Positions 1 to 13,500 of a stretch of 64,000 nt of DNA are shown here, piece by piece. Made by a program: the position numbers and the translations under genes. How positions within the stretch are numbered: position 1 is the stretch's first letter; the number at the start of each line of letters is the position of its first letter. Below the pieces are notes generated by a model that was given only the letters and a program-made list of their open reading frames with translations, was not told the DNA's origin and ran no database searches. Source of the stretch: Octopus vulgaris (Eukaryota); the NCBI GenBank assembly GCA_951406725.2, contig OX597820.1, positions 109,926,001 to 109,990,000 on the forward strand, written 5' to 3'.

Positions 1-502
1 AAATATATATAAAAAAATATATATATAAAATATATATATACAAAAATATATATATAAAAAAGGGGGGATAGAGTTATAGGTAAATAAGGAGATTCTCACT
101 TATACCTATACACACATGTATACGTATCTACACACACATACATACATACACATATATATACACACACATATACATATATACATATATATACATACATATA
201 CATACCTACACATACACACATACATACATACAAATATACATATACATATATATATATACAATCCAATACAGGCCCATTCCCTAATTTTAATTTTATTATC
301 TTCATTTATTACTTTAGTTATCTTTGATCGCTAGGGCTAAGAATCCTGGCAATGGCTGCAGTCCATTTGTCTGTCTACTAGAAGGCAAGTACTCAATCCC
401 GCACGCACACTCATTAGCACGTACATTCACCCATTCGTACACTCATACACATACACGTGTATGTATGTATGTGTGTGCGTGGATTTGTATATGTATGTGT
501 GA

Positions 503-539
<37 letters not shown>

Positions 540-725
540 TATATATAGATGGGTGTGTGTATGCGTATAAATGCATGTAAGTATGGATGTATGGATGTAT
601 GTATGTATGTATACGTATGTATGTGTGTATGTGTGTATGTATATATATATATGTGTGTATATATGTTTGTGTATGTATATATATGTGTATGTATGTGTGT
701 GTATATGTATGTGTGTATGTGTATG

Positions 726-765
<40 letters not shown>

Positions 766-1459
766 CATGTATATATATATATATATATATATATAGGTAT
801 GTATCTGTATGTAGGAGTATATATGTGTGTGTGTGTATGTATATGCGGGTATATATATATATATATATATATGTATATTTATTGGTGTATATGTATAGTC
901 TAGCCTCCTAAAGTGTAGACACGAATCTGTAGGTACGAGTACGTATGTGTATATACGTGAACGTATGTAGATGTTTGTATGTATGAATATAACGCGTGCG
1001 TACGTGTATGTGTATGAGTGTACGAATGGGTGAATGTACGTGCTAATGAGTGTGCGTGCGGGATTGAGTACTTGCCTTCTAGTAGACAGACAAATGGACT
1101 GCAGCCATTGCCAGGATTCTTAGCCCTAGCGATCAAAGATAACTAAAGTAATAAATGAAGATAATAAAATTAAAATTAGGGAATGGGCCTGTATTGGATT
1201 GTATATATATATATGTATATGTATATTTGTATGTATGTATGTGTGTATGTGTAGGTATGTATATGTATGTATATATATGTATATATGTATATGTGTGTGT
1301 ATATATATGTGTATGTATGTATGTGTGTGTAGATACGTATACATGTGTGTATAGGTATAAGTGAGAATCTCCTTATTTACCTATAACTCTATCCCCCCTT
1401 TTTATATATATATTTTTGTATATATATATTTTATATATATATTTTTTTATATATATTTT
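1..1459. repeat. Long inverted repeat: arms 1-458 and 1002-1459, 543-bp microsatellite-rich spacer
   Basis: Position i pairs with 1460-i. ORFs 96..305(-)/1155..1364(+) and 116..334(+)/1126..1344(-) have identical translations. The left arm probably runs past the window edge. Confidence 0.95.
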
Positions 1460-1732
1460 TTATATTTTTTATATTTTTTATTTTTTTATTTTATTTTATT
1501 TTATTTTATTTTATTTTATTTTTTTATTTTTTATTTTTTATTTTTTATTTTTTTAGATTTTTTTATTTTTTTATTTTTTTATTTATCTATTCTTTCATCT
1601 AACTTACCACTGACTCCTTGACCACTCCCCCAGGTATGATATTTTGCGCTATGCCTACCCCCAAAAAGTCCCCCACCACCACTCCTTTAAACCTGCCTAA
1701 ATGTATAAATGCTAATACAATTCTTGTTAAAT

Positions 1733-1783
1733 AGCTTCCTGAAGATTTCTCTTGAATGAAACAGTACTAGTCCTGTAGAAGCT
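1733..1783 (+). ncRNA. Type I hammerhead ribozyme motif (Penelope pLTR-type)
   Basis: agcttc-CTGAAGA-t ttc tctt gaa t-GAAA-cag(tactagtc)ctg-TA-gaagct. It has a 6-bp stem I, a complete core, a weak stem II, a stem III with a palindromic ACTAGT loop, and a GUA cleavage triplet. Confidence 0.7.
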
Positions 1784-1867
1784 TCCTTCTATATAATAAA
1801 TTAATTTTACTCTGCTATGTATTGAGTACCTTAATTACTGTGGTTAACCCCGAATCAACCCGGGACC

Positions 1868-1870
<3 letters not shown>

Positions 1871-1915
<45 letters not shown>

Positions 1916-2238
1916 CATATATATGTATATACATATATATATATATATACATACATATATATGTATATACATATATATATATATATACATACATATATAT
2001 GTATATACATATATATATATATATACATGCATATATATGTATATACATATATATATATATACATACATATATATATATATATACATACATATATATATAT
2101 ACATACATATATATATATACATACATATATATATATATGTATGTATATATATATGTATATGTATGTATATATATGTATGTATGTATATACATATGTATGT
2201 ATATATATACATACATATATATATATACATACATACAT
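1871..2238. repeat. (TA)n/(TACA)n compound microsatellite, representative of many such tracts; also (ATT)n at e.g. 6601-6710 and 18398-18560
   Basis: Directly visible low-complexity sequence. Confidence 0.95.
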
Positions 2239-2239
2239 C

Positions 2240-2580
2240 TGGCTTCTGTGCCGGTGGCCCCGACTGGCTCCTGTGCCGGTGGCACATAAAAAGACCATCC
2301 GAACGTTGCCAGCCCCGCCTTGGCTGGCTTCCGTGCTGCTGGCACTTTAAAAGCTCCAACCGATCGTGACTGATGCCGGACCCCCCCTGACACCTGTGCA
2401 GGTGGCACGTAAAAAGCACCCACTACACTCGCGGAGTGATTGGCGTTAGGAAGGGCATCCAGCCGTAGAAACTCTGCCAGATTAGACTGGAGCCTGGAGC
2501 AGCCCCTGGCTTCCCAGACCCCGGTCGAACTGTCCAACACGTGCTAGCGCGGAAAACAGACGTTAAACGATGATGATGAT
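2240..2580 (+). mobile_element. RTE LINE 3'UTR fragment ending in (GAT)n
   Basis: Reverse complement of the RTE 3' ends at 25660-25900 and 36010-36250; ends gttaaacgatgatgatgat. Confidence 0.8.
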
Positions 2581-3833
2581 ATAACACCCTAATTTTATAT
2601 AACTCCCAAATTTTAGTCATTTCTTTTATGATCCAAAGCTACGTCAAAAGTACTGAATGGATCTTTATGAAATTTGGAAATTATATTCTATGTATAAGGG
2701 CCTTAACCCCCACGACAATTCATATATTTTTGCTGTTGATGAAATTTTTACCATAGATATTAGACACAAATGAAGTGATATTTATAAAATTTCATCTTAC
2801 AAGTTAGAAAGACCCCTCCATGGGGACTTAACACCCACAATTTTGTCATTTTATCTTAGCAAAAACGAATAGTTTTGCTCTTGGAAGCTGTAGGGTTACC
2901 CAAGCATAAAAGATGAGCATTATTTGTAATTAAATGGTACAACAGTGTAAGAGTTTGCTTTGACATACACTTACATTGTGATTTCTGCAATGTGGTACAT
3001 AAATTGTCAAGTAAATGAGGCATCTTTCCTTCCACCGATTCAGTTGCAAAGTGTTGAGTAAAGTTATTTGATTGCAGATCTCCTTTCAGTCTTTTTACTA
3101 TCACTGGGTCACACATAGTCCCCAGATGGTAACATTGATTTCAAGGCCTTCCCAGATGAGTGACTGGTTATTCAAAGACATTTATAGATTGTAAATTTAT
3201 TCTGTCCACTTCCGTATCAGTATAGAGGTGACACTTTCATTTCTCCTTAGCCCTCACATCACACAGTTATTAATGTTTATTTCAGTTGGGTCACACCCTT
3301 CCAATTGCTATAGATTTGTAATGCATCTTACGGCTGTGCCTGTCACCTAGATGGTGAGGAATCCTACATTGGTTGTGGTAACGACTAGGGTAGGGTAGCT
3401 GACTGCTTATTGTGATCATTTGTCTTTAGATTTCCTGTAGCTTTGCTCTCTTTTACAAACCCAGTGAACATATATTTCCTATTTCAAAGAATTCAACAAT
3501 TCAACTTCTCTGGTTGACATTAAGATGCCCACCCCCAATAGGGGCCTTAACTCTCACATTTTAGAGCTCCATGACCTTCACTTTTCAGGAGCAAAATCTT
3601 TTTAACAGGTTCAATAAGACTGGAATTTTGGAATATACGCATAAAAAGCCGTAGTATGGGGTACATGTGGCACGATTACAATTTTTTTAGGGTGTGTAAA
3701 GAGGGAAATAACCCTCATCTGCAATTTTGATGAAATTCGAAACATAGATATTCCAGTTCATTACAGAAATATAACAGAAAAGTCTAATTCTTCAATTGCA
3801 TGTAACACAGGCAACACCAGGTATCTCTGCTAG
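2581..3833 (+). mobile_element. Putative non-autonomous Helitron-like element (5' boundary uncertain)
   Basis: Ends in a degenerate hairpin (acacaggcaacaccaggt) followed by CTAG|T at 3830-3834. Internal subrepeat ggg(g)ccttaac at ~2697, ~2822 and ~3541. Confidence 0.45.
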
Positions 3834-3879
<46 letters not shown>

Positions 3880-4171
3880 TCCTACATATACACACACATA
3901 TCTGCATGCATAAGTATAATTACATATGCAGTAACTGTGACAAAAATTGGAGAATACAAATATAAAAGATATTAAAGATATAAGGGGGCAGCATTTTCTC
4001 ACCATTGAATAAATGGAATCCACTTATACAGAAATAAGAGAGATAAGAGGGATGCATTTACTCAGTAATGAGGTAAGAGATATGCATTTGCACATCAGTG
4101 TGAGAGCAATGGTTGATTTGAAACCAAAACTTTAATTTTATTGATCATTTTCTTTTTTCTTCTCTGCTTAG

Positions 4172-4311
4172 ATTTATGATAAGATTCGTCAATCTGAACA
4201 GAAATTCAAAGTTGCACTTGAAGTCCTTTCTTATCACAATCAATGTACTGAGGATGAATATCAGCAGGTGAAGTCAATGATAGATTCATGCTGTCTGCTT
4301 GAGCTTTCTGA
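4172..4311 (+). CDS. PDE10A: PDE10A-like phosphodiesterase, internal exon (end of GAF-B / linker helix)
   Basis: Pyrimidine tract ending ctgcttag|, donor |gtaagt. Translates IYDKIRQSEQKFKVALEVLSYHNQCTEDEYQQVKSMIDSCCLLELS, resembling the PDE10A segment YHRIRHSE..YRVTMEKLSYHSICT. 140 nt, ends in phase 2. Confidence 0.9.
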
Positions 4312-4600
4312 GTAAGTATGTTAACATAAATAAACCTAGAACACTATGAAACTGTAGATAAAATAACTGTGCAATGTTATTTTGTGTCTTCCTGAAAGCA
4401 TTGAGTCATAAATTTAATGTCATTATTTTTACATGAAGACAAAACATATTTTTGAAAGGAAATAAAACTCTTTGTTTTGCATCAGCTTTAAAAAAATCCT
4501 CCATTAAGATTCATAAAATATATATTCAAAGTATGATTCTGCTGAAAACATCAGAAATCACTTCTCTATTCCCCTCCCCCCAAATTTCACGCCTTGTGCC

Positions 4601-4642
<42 letters not shown>

Positions 4643-4643
4643 T

Positions 4644-4811
4644 GAGTGAGAGAGCAGTGCATGCCATCAAAGTAACACTGGGGTAAAATATTCAAAGCCC
4701 AGTATACCCATCATGACTACCTGTCTGATAAGGGCAGACCAGGCACATGCATCACAACCATATGTGCGTGACTTGGTGATCTCATATCAAGATGAACAGC
4801 ACATGACCTTG
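4644..4811 (-). mobile_element. Truncated copy of the ~555-bp (TAA)n-associated non-coding element
   Basis: Matches the gagtgagagagcagtgcatgcc end of the full copies and abuts (ATT)n. Strand is inferred from the truncation pattern. Confidence 0.75.
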
Positions 4812-5151
4812 TTGTTTGTGTTATTTAAGCCAGTCTATGAACAGCAATACACTTAGCTTTCAACAACCCAGGCTACCGAGCTTTAAGTGAGCACCACTAG
4901 GTGAAAATATTCATAGCTACGAGCAGTAGGGCTCTTATAAAAGTAGTAAACCTTTGATTAACTTGCAAGGTCTTTCTGTGCATTTGAAGTCCATGATAAC
5001 AGTACACCTCTCTTTATAATTCCTATTCTCCAATTCTCGACAACTACCACCACAACCATAAACAATTCTGCCATGCCACCTGGTTACTACCACTACCGCC
5101 AGAGTTAGCAACATCACCGTTATTACCATTAGTCAATGTATTGTTATTATT

Positions 5152-5341
5152 AAGGCTGTGAACTGGCAGAATCGTTAGCATGCCAGGCAAAATGCTTTGC
5201 GGCATTTCGTCTGTCTTTATGTTCTGAATTGAAATACTGGGGTTGATTTTGCCTTTCATCCTTTCACTTAAGTACTGGGGTTGATGTAATTTACTATTCC
5301 CCTCCCCCCAAATTTCACGCCTTGTGCCTATAGTAGAAAGG

Positions 5342-5342
<1 letters not shown>
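5152..5342 (+). mobile_element. tRNA-derived SINE (aaggcggtgagctggcagaatcgttagc family)
   Basis: Same head and tail as the copies at 6712, 7450(-), 23068 and 23301; tail agtagaaagga(tta)n. Confidence 0.75.
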
Positions 5343-5397
<55 letters not shown>

Positions 5398-5938
5398 TGA
5401 GTGAGAGAGCAGTGCATGCCATCAAAGTAACACTGGGGTAAAATATTCAAAGCCCAGTATACCCATCATGACTACCTGTCTGATAAGGGCAGACCAGGCA
5501 CATGCATCACAACCATATGTGCGTGACTTGGTGATCTCATATCAAGATGAACAGCACATGACCTTGCAGGTGAGGCCCAATTAGAATTAGCCCATCCCAC
5601 TCAAAAGGTCCCTGAATAAGGATTGTTTAAGGATGTTGAACGAAACACCCATATTTCTGAAGGTGAATTATCCAAACCCCAAAGAATTCCTCTCAACACA
5701 TGGCTATGATGCTCTCCAACTACTTCTGCTCGTGATCAGAGATGCACATATCATCAGCCACTAAGGGACATGCTCAACTGGTTAAGGTCAAGCAACTGAC
5801 AAGCAAATCTGTGGTATTGAGCAGAATATTTGCTGTTAGCCCATCTTTTATACCAAGACAAAACAATGTACATGATAACACTTCCAATCAGTTAAGATCA
5901 GAAGCCATGAGAGCCACTTCCTGGTACTGCATCAGGGC

Positions 5939-5942
<4 letters not shown>
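5398..5942 (-). mobile_element. ~555-bp (TAA)n-associated non-coding element, near full length
   Basis: gagtgagagagcagtgc ... gcatcagggcattt, flanked by (ATT)n on both sides; near-identical to 6044-6602 and 20035-20592. Confidence 0.85.
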
Positions 5943-6034
<92 letters not shown>

Positions 6035-6043
6035 TATTATTAT

Positions 6044-6602
6044 TGAGTGAGAGAGCAGTGCATGCCATCAAAGTGACACTGGGGTAAAATATACGAAGCC
6101 CAATATACCCAACATGACTACCCGTCTGATAAGGGTACACCAGGCACATGCATCACAACCATATGTGCGCGACATGGTGATCTCATATTAAGATAAACAG
6201 CACATGACCTTGCAGGTGGGGCCCAGTTAGAATTTTCTTCAGGTTGAGTAGCCCATCCCGCTCAAAAGGTCCCTGAATAAGGGTTGTTTAAGGATGTTGA
6301 AAGAACCACCCATGATTCCAGAGGTGAATTATTCAAACCCCAAAGAATCCCTCTCAACACATGGCTATGATGCTCCCCCACTACTTCTGCTCGTGATCAG
6401 AGATGCACATATCGTCAGCCACTAAGGGACATGCTCAACTGGTTAAGGTCAAACAACTGACAAGCAAATCTGTGGTATTGAACAGAATATTTGCTGTAGC
6501 CCATCTTTTATACCAAGACAAAACAATGTACATGATAACACTTCCAATCAGTTAAGATCAGAAGCCATGAGAGCCACTGCCTGGTACTGCATCAGGGCAT
6601 TT
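6044..6602 (-). mobile_element. ~555-bp (TAA)n-associated non-coding element, full length
   Basis: Tandem neighbour of 5398-5942, separated only by (ATT)n/(ATC)n. Confidence 0.85.
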
Positions 6603-6603
6603 A

Positions 6604-6930
<327 letters not shown>

Positions 6931-7449
6931 CATCATCATCATCGTCGTTTAACGTCCTCTTTCCATGCTAGCATGGGTTGGACGATTTGACTGAGGTCTG
7001 GCGATCCAGAAGGCTGCACCACGCTCTAATCTGATCTGGCCACATCAGCGATTTTGATTTCACTTGCCTCAACAGGGATTCGCAAGCAAAGTTTATTATC
7101 CAATGAATGAAGGGTACTCATAAGTGAGCTGGTTATACACCACTGGCATAGGCCATGGGTTATGGTCTCACTTGGCATATCTCCAAAGGTCTAGGTCACT
7201 AGTCACTGTCTTGGTGAGGCCCAGTGTTCAAAGGTCGTGCTTCACCACCTCATCCCAGGTTCCCTCACCTGCTAGGCTGTGACACTTTTTCACACAGCTG
7301 TCCTCCATTCACAACACATCGTCTCTTGCACACCACATCTGAAGCTTATTATTGTTATTTGATTAAACTCTCAGATTATTTTGCTGGGTATGATGAAAAG
7401 TGTCAGCTGTTCACAGCCAGCAGACTAATGTGTCACTTGTTTACTGATA

Positions 7450-7868
7450 ATTTATTTCTTTATTGCCCACAAGGGGCTAAACATAGAGGGGCAAACAAGG
7501 ACAGACAAAGGGATTAGTCAATTATATCGACACCAGTGCGTAACTGGTACTTAATTTATTGATCCCAAAAGGATGAAAGGCAAAGTCGACCTTGGCAGAA
7601 TTTGAACTCAGAATGTAACAGCAGATGAAATACCTATTTCTTTACTACCCACAAGGGGCCAAACACAGAGGAGACAAACAAGGACAGACAAATGGATTAA
7701 GTCTATTATATCGACCCCAGTGCGTAACTGGTACTTATTTAATCGACCCCGAAAGGATGAAAGGCCAAGTCGACCTCGGCAGAATTTGAACTCAGAACGT
7801 AGTGGCAGACGAAATACCGTTAAGCATTTCACTTGGTGTGCTAACATTTCTGCCAGCTCGCCGCCTTA
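7450..7868 (-). mobile_element. tRNA-derived SINE with tandemly duplicated 3' part
   Basis: Reverse complement of the SINE head at ~7868; 7450-7640 and 7630-7815 are near-duplicates. Confidence 0.75.
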
Positions 7869-7883
7869 AAACTTGTTTACTGA

Positions 7884-8150
7884 TCATGCTTCAAGAACCC
7901 TGCGGAGAACTTTTGCAGTTCCAAGTATTGACTTTTGTAGGCATTCTATCTTTACATTTACACCAATCTTTTTGAGCCATGTTGGTATTTGAATGCTGAT
8001 ACTTCCAAGCATGCGAATTACTTCTGATATCATGTCCACTCTCTTCATTATCCACAACCAGCATATTTCCCACTTCAAATCATCATAGATGTGTTCAATT
8101 TTTCTTCCTTCTCTTCGATCCTGTTATCACCTTAGTCTGTTGGCTGTGGA
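7884..8150 (-). pseudogene. R4/Dong-type LINE, C-terminal RLE fragment
   Basis: ...LKKIGVNVKIECLQKSILGTAKVLRRVLEA, the typical C-terminus of R4/Dong RLE ORFs. Confidence 0.7.
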
Positions 8151-8212
8151 CAACTGATTCTTTCCATCATACCTAGCAAAATAAGCTGAGAATTTTAGTC
8201 AAATAATAATAA

Positions 8213-8700
8213 CTAGTAGGACCCGTGAATATTTCATGGGGTTAATGGTAAACCATGGCCTGAAAATTTCACAGAATTGCACTTATGAAGTGATAGGTGA
8301 TATAAAAAAACTTAGTTCAATTTAAAAAAATACACTTTTCACTATCCACGCACCACCATCACCTTCACTGCCACCACCTCCACCATTTCTCTCTCTCTTC
8401 CTCTTTCTCCCTCCCCTCTCTCCCCCTCTCTCTACCTTTCTTTAACTTCACCATCAGAATATCACCCCTCTGCTAAAATTATTACATTCCCCCTACCTCA
8501 AGTCATGGATGCTTCTCTCTTTATCTTTTTCTCTCTCTCTCTCTCTTTTTCTTTCTCCCTCTTTCTGTCTTCCTCTTCACTTTATCCTCTTTTTCTCTCT
8601 CCTTTTTCTTTCTCCTCTCTTTCCCTTCAACTAATCATGTGAAAGCATTACTGAGAGGCTAAGTAATGCAATGACAAGCAGAATTATTATAAGATAATAA
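8213..8700 (-). mobile_element. Helitron-like remnant (3' end at ~8213)
   Basis: On the minus strand, a hairpin (ccatgaaatattcacggg) is followed by CTAG|T. Shares the ggtggtg..gatagtgaaaag..ttgaactaa block with the Helitron at 22005-23051. Confidence 0.5.
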
Positions 8701-9479
8701 TATAAATAATTCTTTCTATGCTTAGGTCAAGGCATAGAATGCAACCCCCAATATCAGCAGTGGGACTTGACAGCACATGCTGGTTTACCCCCGCCACATC
8801 ATGCTAGTTCCGTACCCCCTTGAGCAACATCAAAATTCACTCGTCCATCCACAAACATTCACCAAGCTTTCCTATCATTTATAAACTCTCTTGCCTCTCT
8901 CACTCAAACACCTGGTGGTGGTGGTGATGGAGGTGGAGCAGGTGGTGGTGCATGGATAGTGAAAGTATTTTTTTTAAAATTGAACTAATTTTTTTTATGT
9001 CACCTATCACTTCACACATGCAATTCTGTGAAATTTTCAGGCTTATTTATGTGGCAGATATATGCAATTTAACTAATGGTAGTTAGAGGTGTTGGAGTGA
9101 GAGAGGCAAGAGAGTTCATATATGATAGGAAACCTTGGAGAGTGTTTGTGAATGGATGAGTGAATTTCAATGTTGCTCAAATGGGTACAGAACCAACAGG
9201 ATGTGGTGGGGATAAACCAGGATATGCTGTCAGGCTCCACTGTTGATATTGGGGGTTGCGTTCTATGCCTTGACCCAAGCATAGAACGGGGCTTGCCCCT
9301 TTGAGCTGAGAAATGAATGGAATGCCTGGTGTTTGTCTTGCTGTTGCTACCCCTCCTTAAAAAAATGAGGATAGGCCTGGGTATATGATGATATGATAAC
9401 TAAAGACACATGGCCTGAAATTTTGGGGAGGGGCTAGTTGATTACATCAACCCCAGTACTCAGCTGGTACTTATTTTAT

Positions 9480-10495
9480 ATCGATTATCATGCAAGTCTT
9501 TTTCTTTTTTGTTCACCACTACAATGTCAGGTTTCTGATGTCTGATCTGATGGTCACACTGAGTGATTGCATCCCACTGGATTTTGTCGTCTTCATTCTC
9601 AGTAACTCCTGGGATTTGGTCATACTATATCTTTGCTCTTTGTAGGCCATGATTTCCACAGAACTCCCAATGGATCATTCTTGCCACATTGTCATATCAT
9701 CTTTTGTAATTGCATTGTGCCAGTTTCAGGCATTTGCTAACAATGTGCCATACCATTTCACATCTCTCACCAAACATTCTGTGTTTGTTGCTTGCTTGTT
9801 TTTGTGCTATGCATATCAGTGCAGCTGACTTTATCTTCAGGTCACTTCTCAGCATCCATAACTACCAGTCTTTGGTATCTGTCTTAGCGTTCATATCTCT
9901 TTCAAACTGACCATACTTTTTACCCCTTCCATGCTATTTCTATCTTTTGAGTTCTCCTCTTTGAGTTTTTCTTTCTTTACTCAATTATCATTTTTGATGA
10001 TATCAGACTTCTGCATGTGCTTCAGCAATGGTTCCATGGCATTCTTTACATACTACCCTAAACCGCTTTCCTCTACTTCAACACAATCCTGGCAACTGAT
10101 CAAACCTCTCCTGCCACTTCTGAACAATTACAACCTATCAGTGTCACTCTTAGGATGAAATGCTCCGTGCACTGTCAATATTTTCTTTGTTTTTGCATCC
10201 ATGCTCATCAGTTTTTTTTTTTGCCAGTTTATGATCTCAGCTCCATACCGAAGTGATGCTATCGCTCATGTATTTACTGCTTGACTTTTATTTCATCCGG
10301 TCAATTTTGAGTGCAACACCAATCTTAATCTTCAGAAGTATTCTTTCCTCAGCTATTCTTTCATTTCCTTCTCCATGATTTCAGTGAACTCTAGTATGCC
10401 AAGGTATTTATAACTCTCCTTTTCAATTTGTTTAATCTCTTCTCTATTAGGTAATTCTTTCCCAGCCAGGGACTGTACCTTGCTTCTTTTCAGGT
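9480..10495 (-). pseudogene. R4/Dong-type LINE fragment (RT C-terminus and CCHC region)
   Basis: Minus-strand remnants read like CGERCEMVWHIVSKC..YDNVARMIHWEFC; many stops. Confidence 0.6.
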
Positions 10496-10519
10496 TAACT
10501 TATTATTATTATTATTACG

Positions 10520-13500
10520 TTTAATCTGCATCTTTTTTACAATTAGTTGGTGAGACACATGCAGCATCCTGGGGCAAGTGAAGGATAAGAGATGTTACAA
10601 TATGTCTGAAAGCTTGGGGAGGGGAGGTAGTGAAATATCTTCATGTAATACAACACAGACATTTAAATGGATAGGGGTTTTCTAAGGATGTGAGCAGTAC
10701 TTGTCAGCACAATCTTTTGAATTTCTCTGAGACATGGTTCTCCTGGGATCTTATCTAGATGTTTCTGACATCCCTTTTTTATCATACCTAGAGCACCTAC
10801 AATAACAGGAACAGTTCTCGTTTTAAGATACCACATATTTTGCATTTCAATTTCCAGGTCTTTATATTTACATAATTTGTCAAATTCTTTGACAGATATA
10901 TTTTTATCAGTGGGAACACTTACAGCTATTAGTCTACAATATTTTCTTTCCTGTCTTTAATAATTATGTCTGGTCGATTTGCCTGGATCGTTCTGTCAGT
11001 GTTGACTGGAAAATCCAAGAGGACAGTAACAGCTTTACATTCAACGACTCGCTCAGGGTGATATTTGTACCAGTAAGCAGGAGTGCTGATTTTGTAGTGT
11101 TTACATACTTTCCAATGTAAATATTATGCTACCCTATCATAGGGATTTTTATATTCGTTTGGTGTCAGCACAGGGCATTCCGAGAGGAGATGGTCTATTG
11201 TTTCATCAAATGTTTCACAGAATCTGCATTTAGGGTCAGAACCGTTTTGAAGAACATTAGCCTGGTAGTTTTTTGTGAACAAGCTTTGGTCTTGTGCTGC
11301 CAATATGAAGCCTTCAGTCTCTGCTTTCAGTCCTGAACTTCTCAGCCACTGATGGGTTGTTGCTTGATCTACATCAGCATTTCAACTTTGAAATATATAC
11401 TGTCCATGTAGAGGCTTCTGGCTCCATTGCTCCTGAATTTGTTTCTGGCCATTCTTTTTTGCGGTCTGCTTGATCCATTTTGCTTGCTTTGTGGCAGTGG
11501 TTTCAGTTTCTTCAACTATTTTAGGGTTAATGCCAAGTTCTCTTGTGAATTTGCAAGCTTCTTTGACAATTGAATGTGACTTTTTGCTGCTTTCATGTTT
11601 GCACTCAGGTCACAGCATTCAATCCTCTTTACTAGATAAGCACCTGTCCATTGCTATTGTGGATGCCTTACAGCACAGTTCTACCTGCATCATTCCTCTT
11701 CCCCCATTACTTCTAGGTAGGTACAGACAATCAACATCTGTTTTTGGGTGGTGCATGTTTTTAGAAGTTAGTCTTTTACTTGCCTTCCTGTCCAGGCATT
11801 GGAACTCTGTAAGATTCCAGTTTATGATGTTAAAACTATATTGGACTACTAGAAGTGCCAGGATGTTAATGGCTTCAATGCAATTTTTAGAGCTGAGTTC
11901 AGTTTTTAATATGAGTCTTATTCTCCTGTAATATTCTTTTCTTATTTTTTTCCTTCATAGTATCATGTTGTATACCATCTCCTTCATTTATCCCCAGGTA
12001 TTTGTAATTTTCTTGTGGTCAAGCTCCTTGATGGTAGTGCTGGCATCTAATTTAATGGAAGCTATTTGCCTGAGCTTGCCTCTCACAAAAGTTGCTTTAG
12101 CACACTCATCAAGGCCAAAGTCCATCCCAATGTCTTTAACAGTTGTTAACAGCCCTACTAGCTCTTTGTTATTTCTAGCAAACAGCTTCAGATTAACCAT
12201 ATAAAACAGATGGTTTATTGAATTGTAAACTTTGAACCCGTACCTGGTGTTATTTAGTTCATTTGAGAGTGGGATCAATGCCATCCACAAGAGTAATAGA
12301 GAAAGGGAGTCACCTTGAAAGATGTCTCGTTTGATGTTGATGTTGTTAGTTTGGCTCATCTCATTACTATGGTTTAGAAGGAGACGTGTGTTCCACTTGG
12401 TCATGCTACCTTGTAAGAATTTGGAGATAACAGGAGAGATCTCATATATCTCAAGGGCCTTGAGTATCCAATTATGTGGGACACTATCAAATGCTTTCCT
12501 GTACTCTATCCATATCATACTCAGGTTTTTCTTTTTGCTCTGGCAATTCTCTACAATTATTTTACTAATGAGTAATTGATCTTTGCACCAATAAGAATTC
12601 CTTTTACAGTCTTTTTGAGCTTGTGGAAGGATAGATCTCTGTTCAAGGAAAGCGTATAGTCTGTCAGTTAATATGGATGTGAGAATCTTAAAGGTGGTGC
12701 TGAGACATGTTATTGATCTTTAGATTTTTTTGTGTCTTCAGTTTTTGGTAGAAGGTATGTTGTTCCTTCAGTCAGCCAGGCTGGTATTTGCTCTGGGTTC
12801 TGGATGACATCAGTCAGAAATGCAACTAAATTTTGTCCTACAATTTAGCCAGAAGTTTGGAATTCAGTCCAGTCCTGGAGTTTTCCATTTGTGAGACTTC
12901 CTAAGAACATGTCTTAGCTCTTCTACTCCTATTGCCTTCCATTTCTGCTCTGCTACTTCATCCAGTCTCACTTTCACATGCTCTATCCACTCAGCTTTAG
13001 CATTATATTCTTTATTCTTTTTTCTTGCTCCATATCTTCTTCCAGAACTCTTCCATTTCCTCAGTTTTAGGTGGCTTCTTTACTTCTGTCTTATTTTTGC
13101 CAATTTCCCTGTAAAATTCCTTTGCATCTGTCTTGAATATCTTGTTTTGTCAATAAAATTTTCTTCTAAGCTGTTGGGCTTTCAGTTGTATTCATTGTTT
13201 CAATTGTTCCTTGGTTGCAGGGAAGTTTATAAAATCTTTGATTTTATATTTTTGCTTCATTTTTCTAGCTCGTTTTGTCTTAACATTTACTCGCAAGTTC
13301 ATTGAGAACTGATACATCTGCCCGTAGAGATTCAATCTCTTTTTGTATTGCTACTTTCCACTTAGGAAGTATATTTACATGGTTGGTCTTTTTCTGTGTC
13401 GTCCTGATACCTAGTTGAGCAGTTACAACTTTAGCAGTGGAATAGATGAGGTTGTTAGGTCCTTTTCATTATTACTTAAGATCTGTCTAAGAGCATCATT

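Noticed and set aside
96-2540. Numerous Y/I/M/C/V/H/T-rich ORFs
   Set aside because: They are translations of (TA)n/(TG)n/(TACA)n microsatellites, which lack stop codons in several frames.
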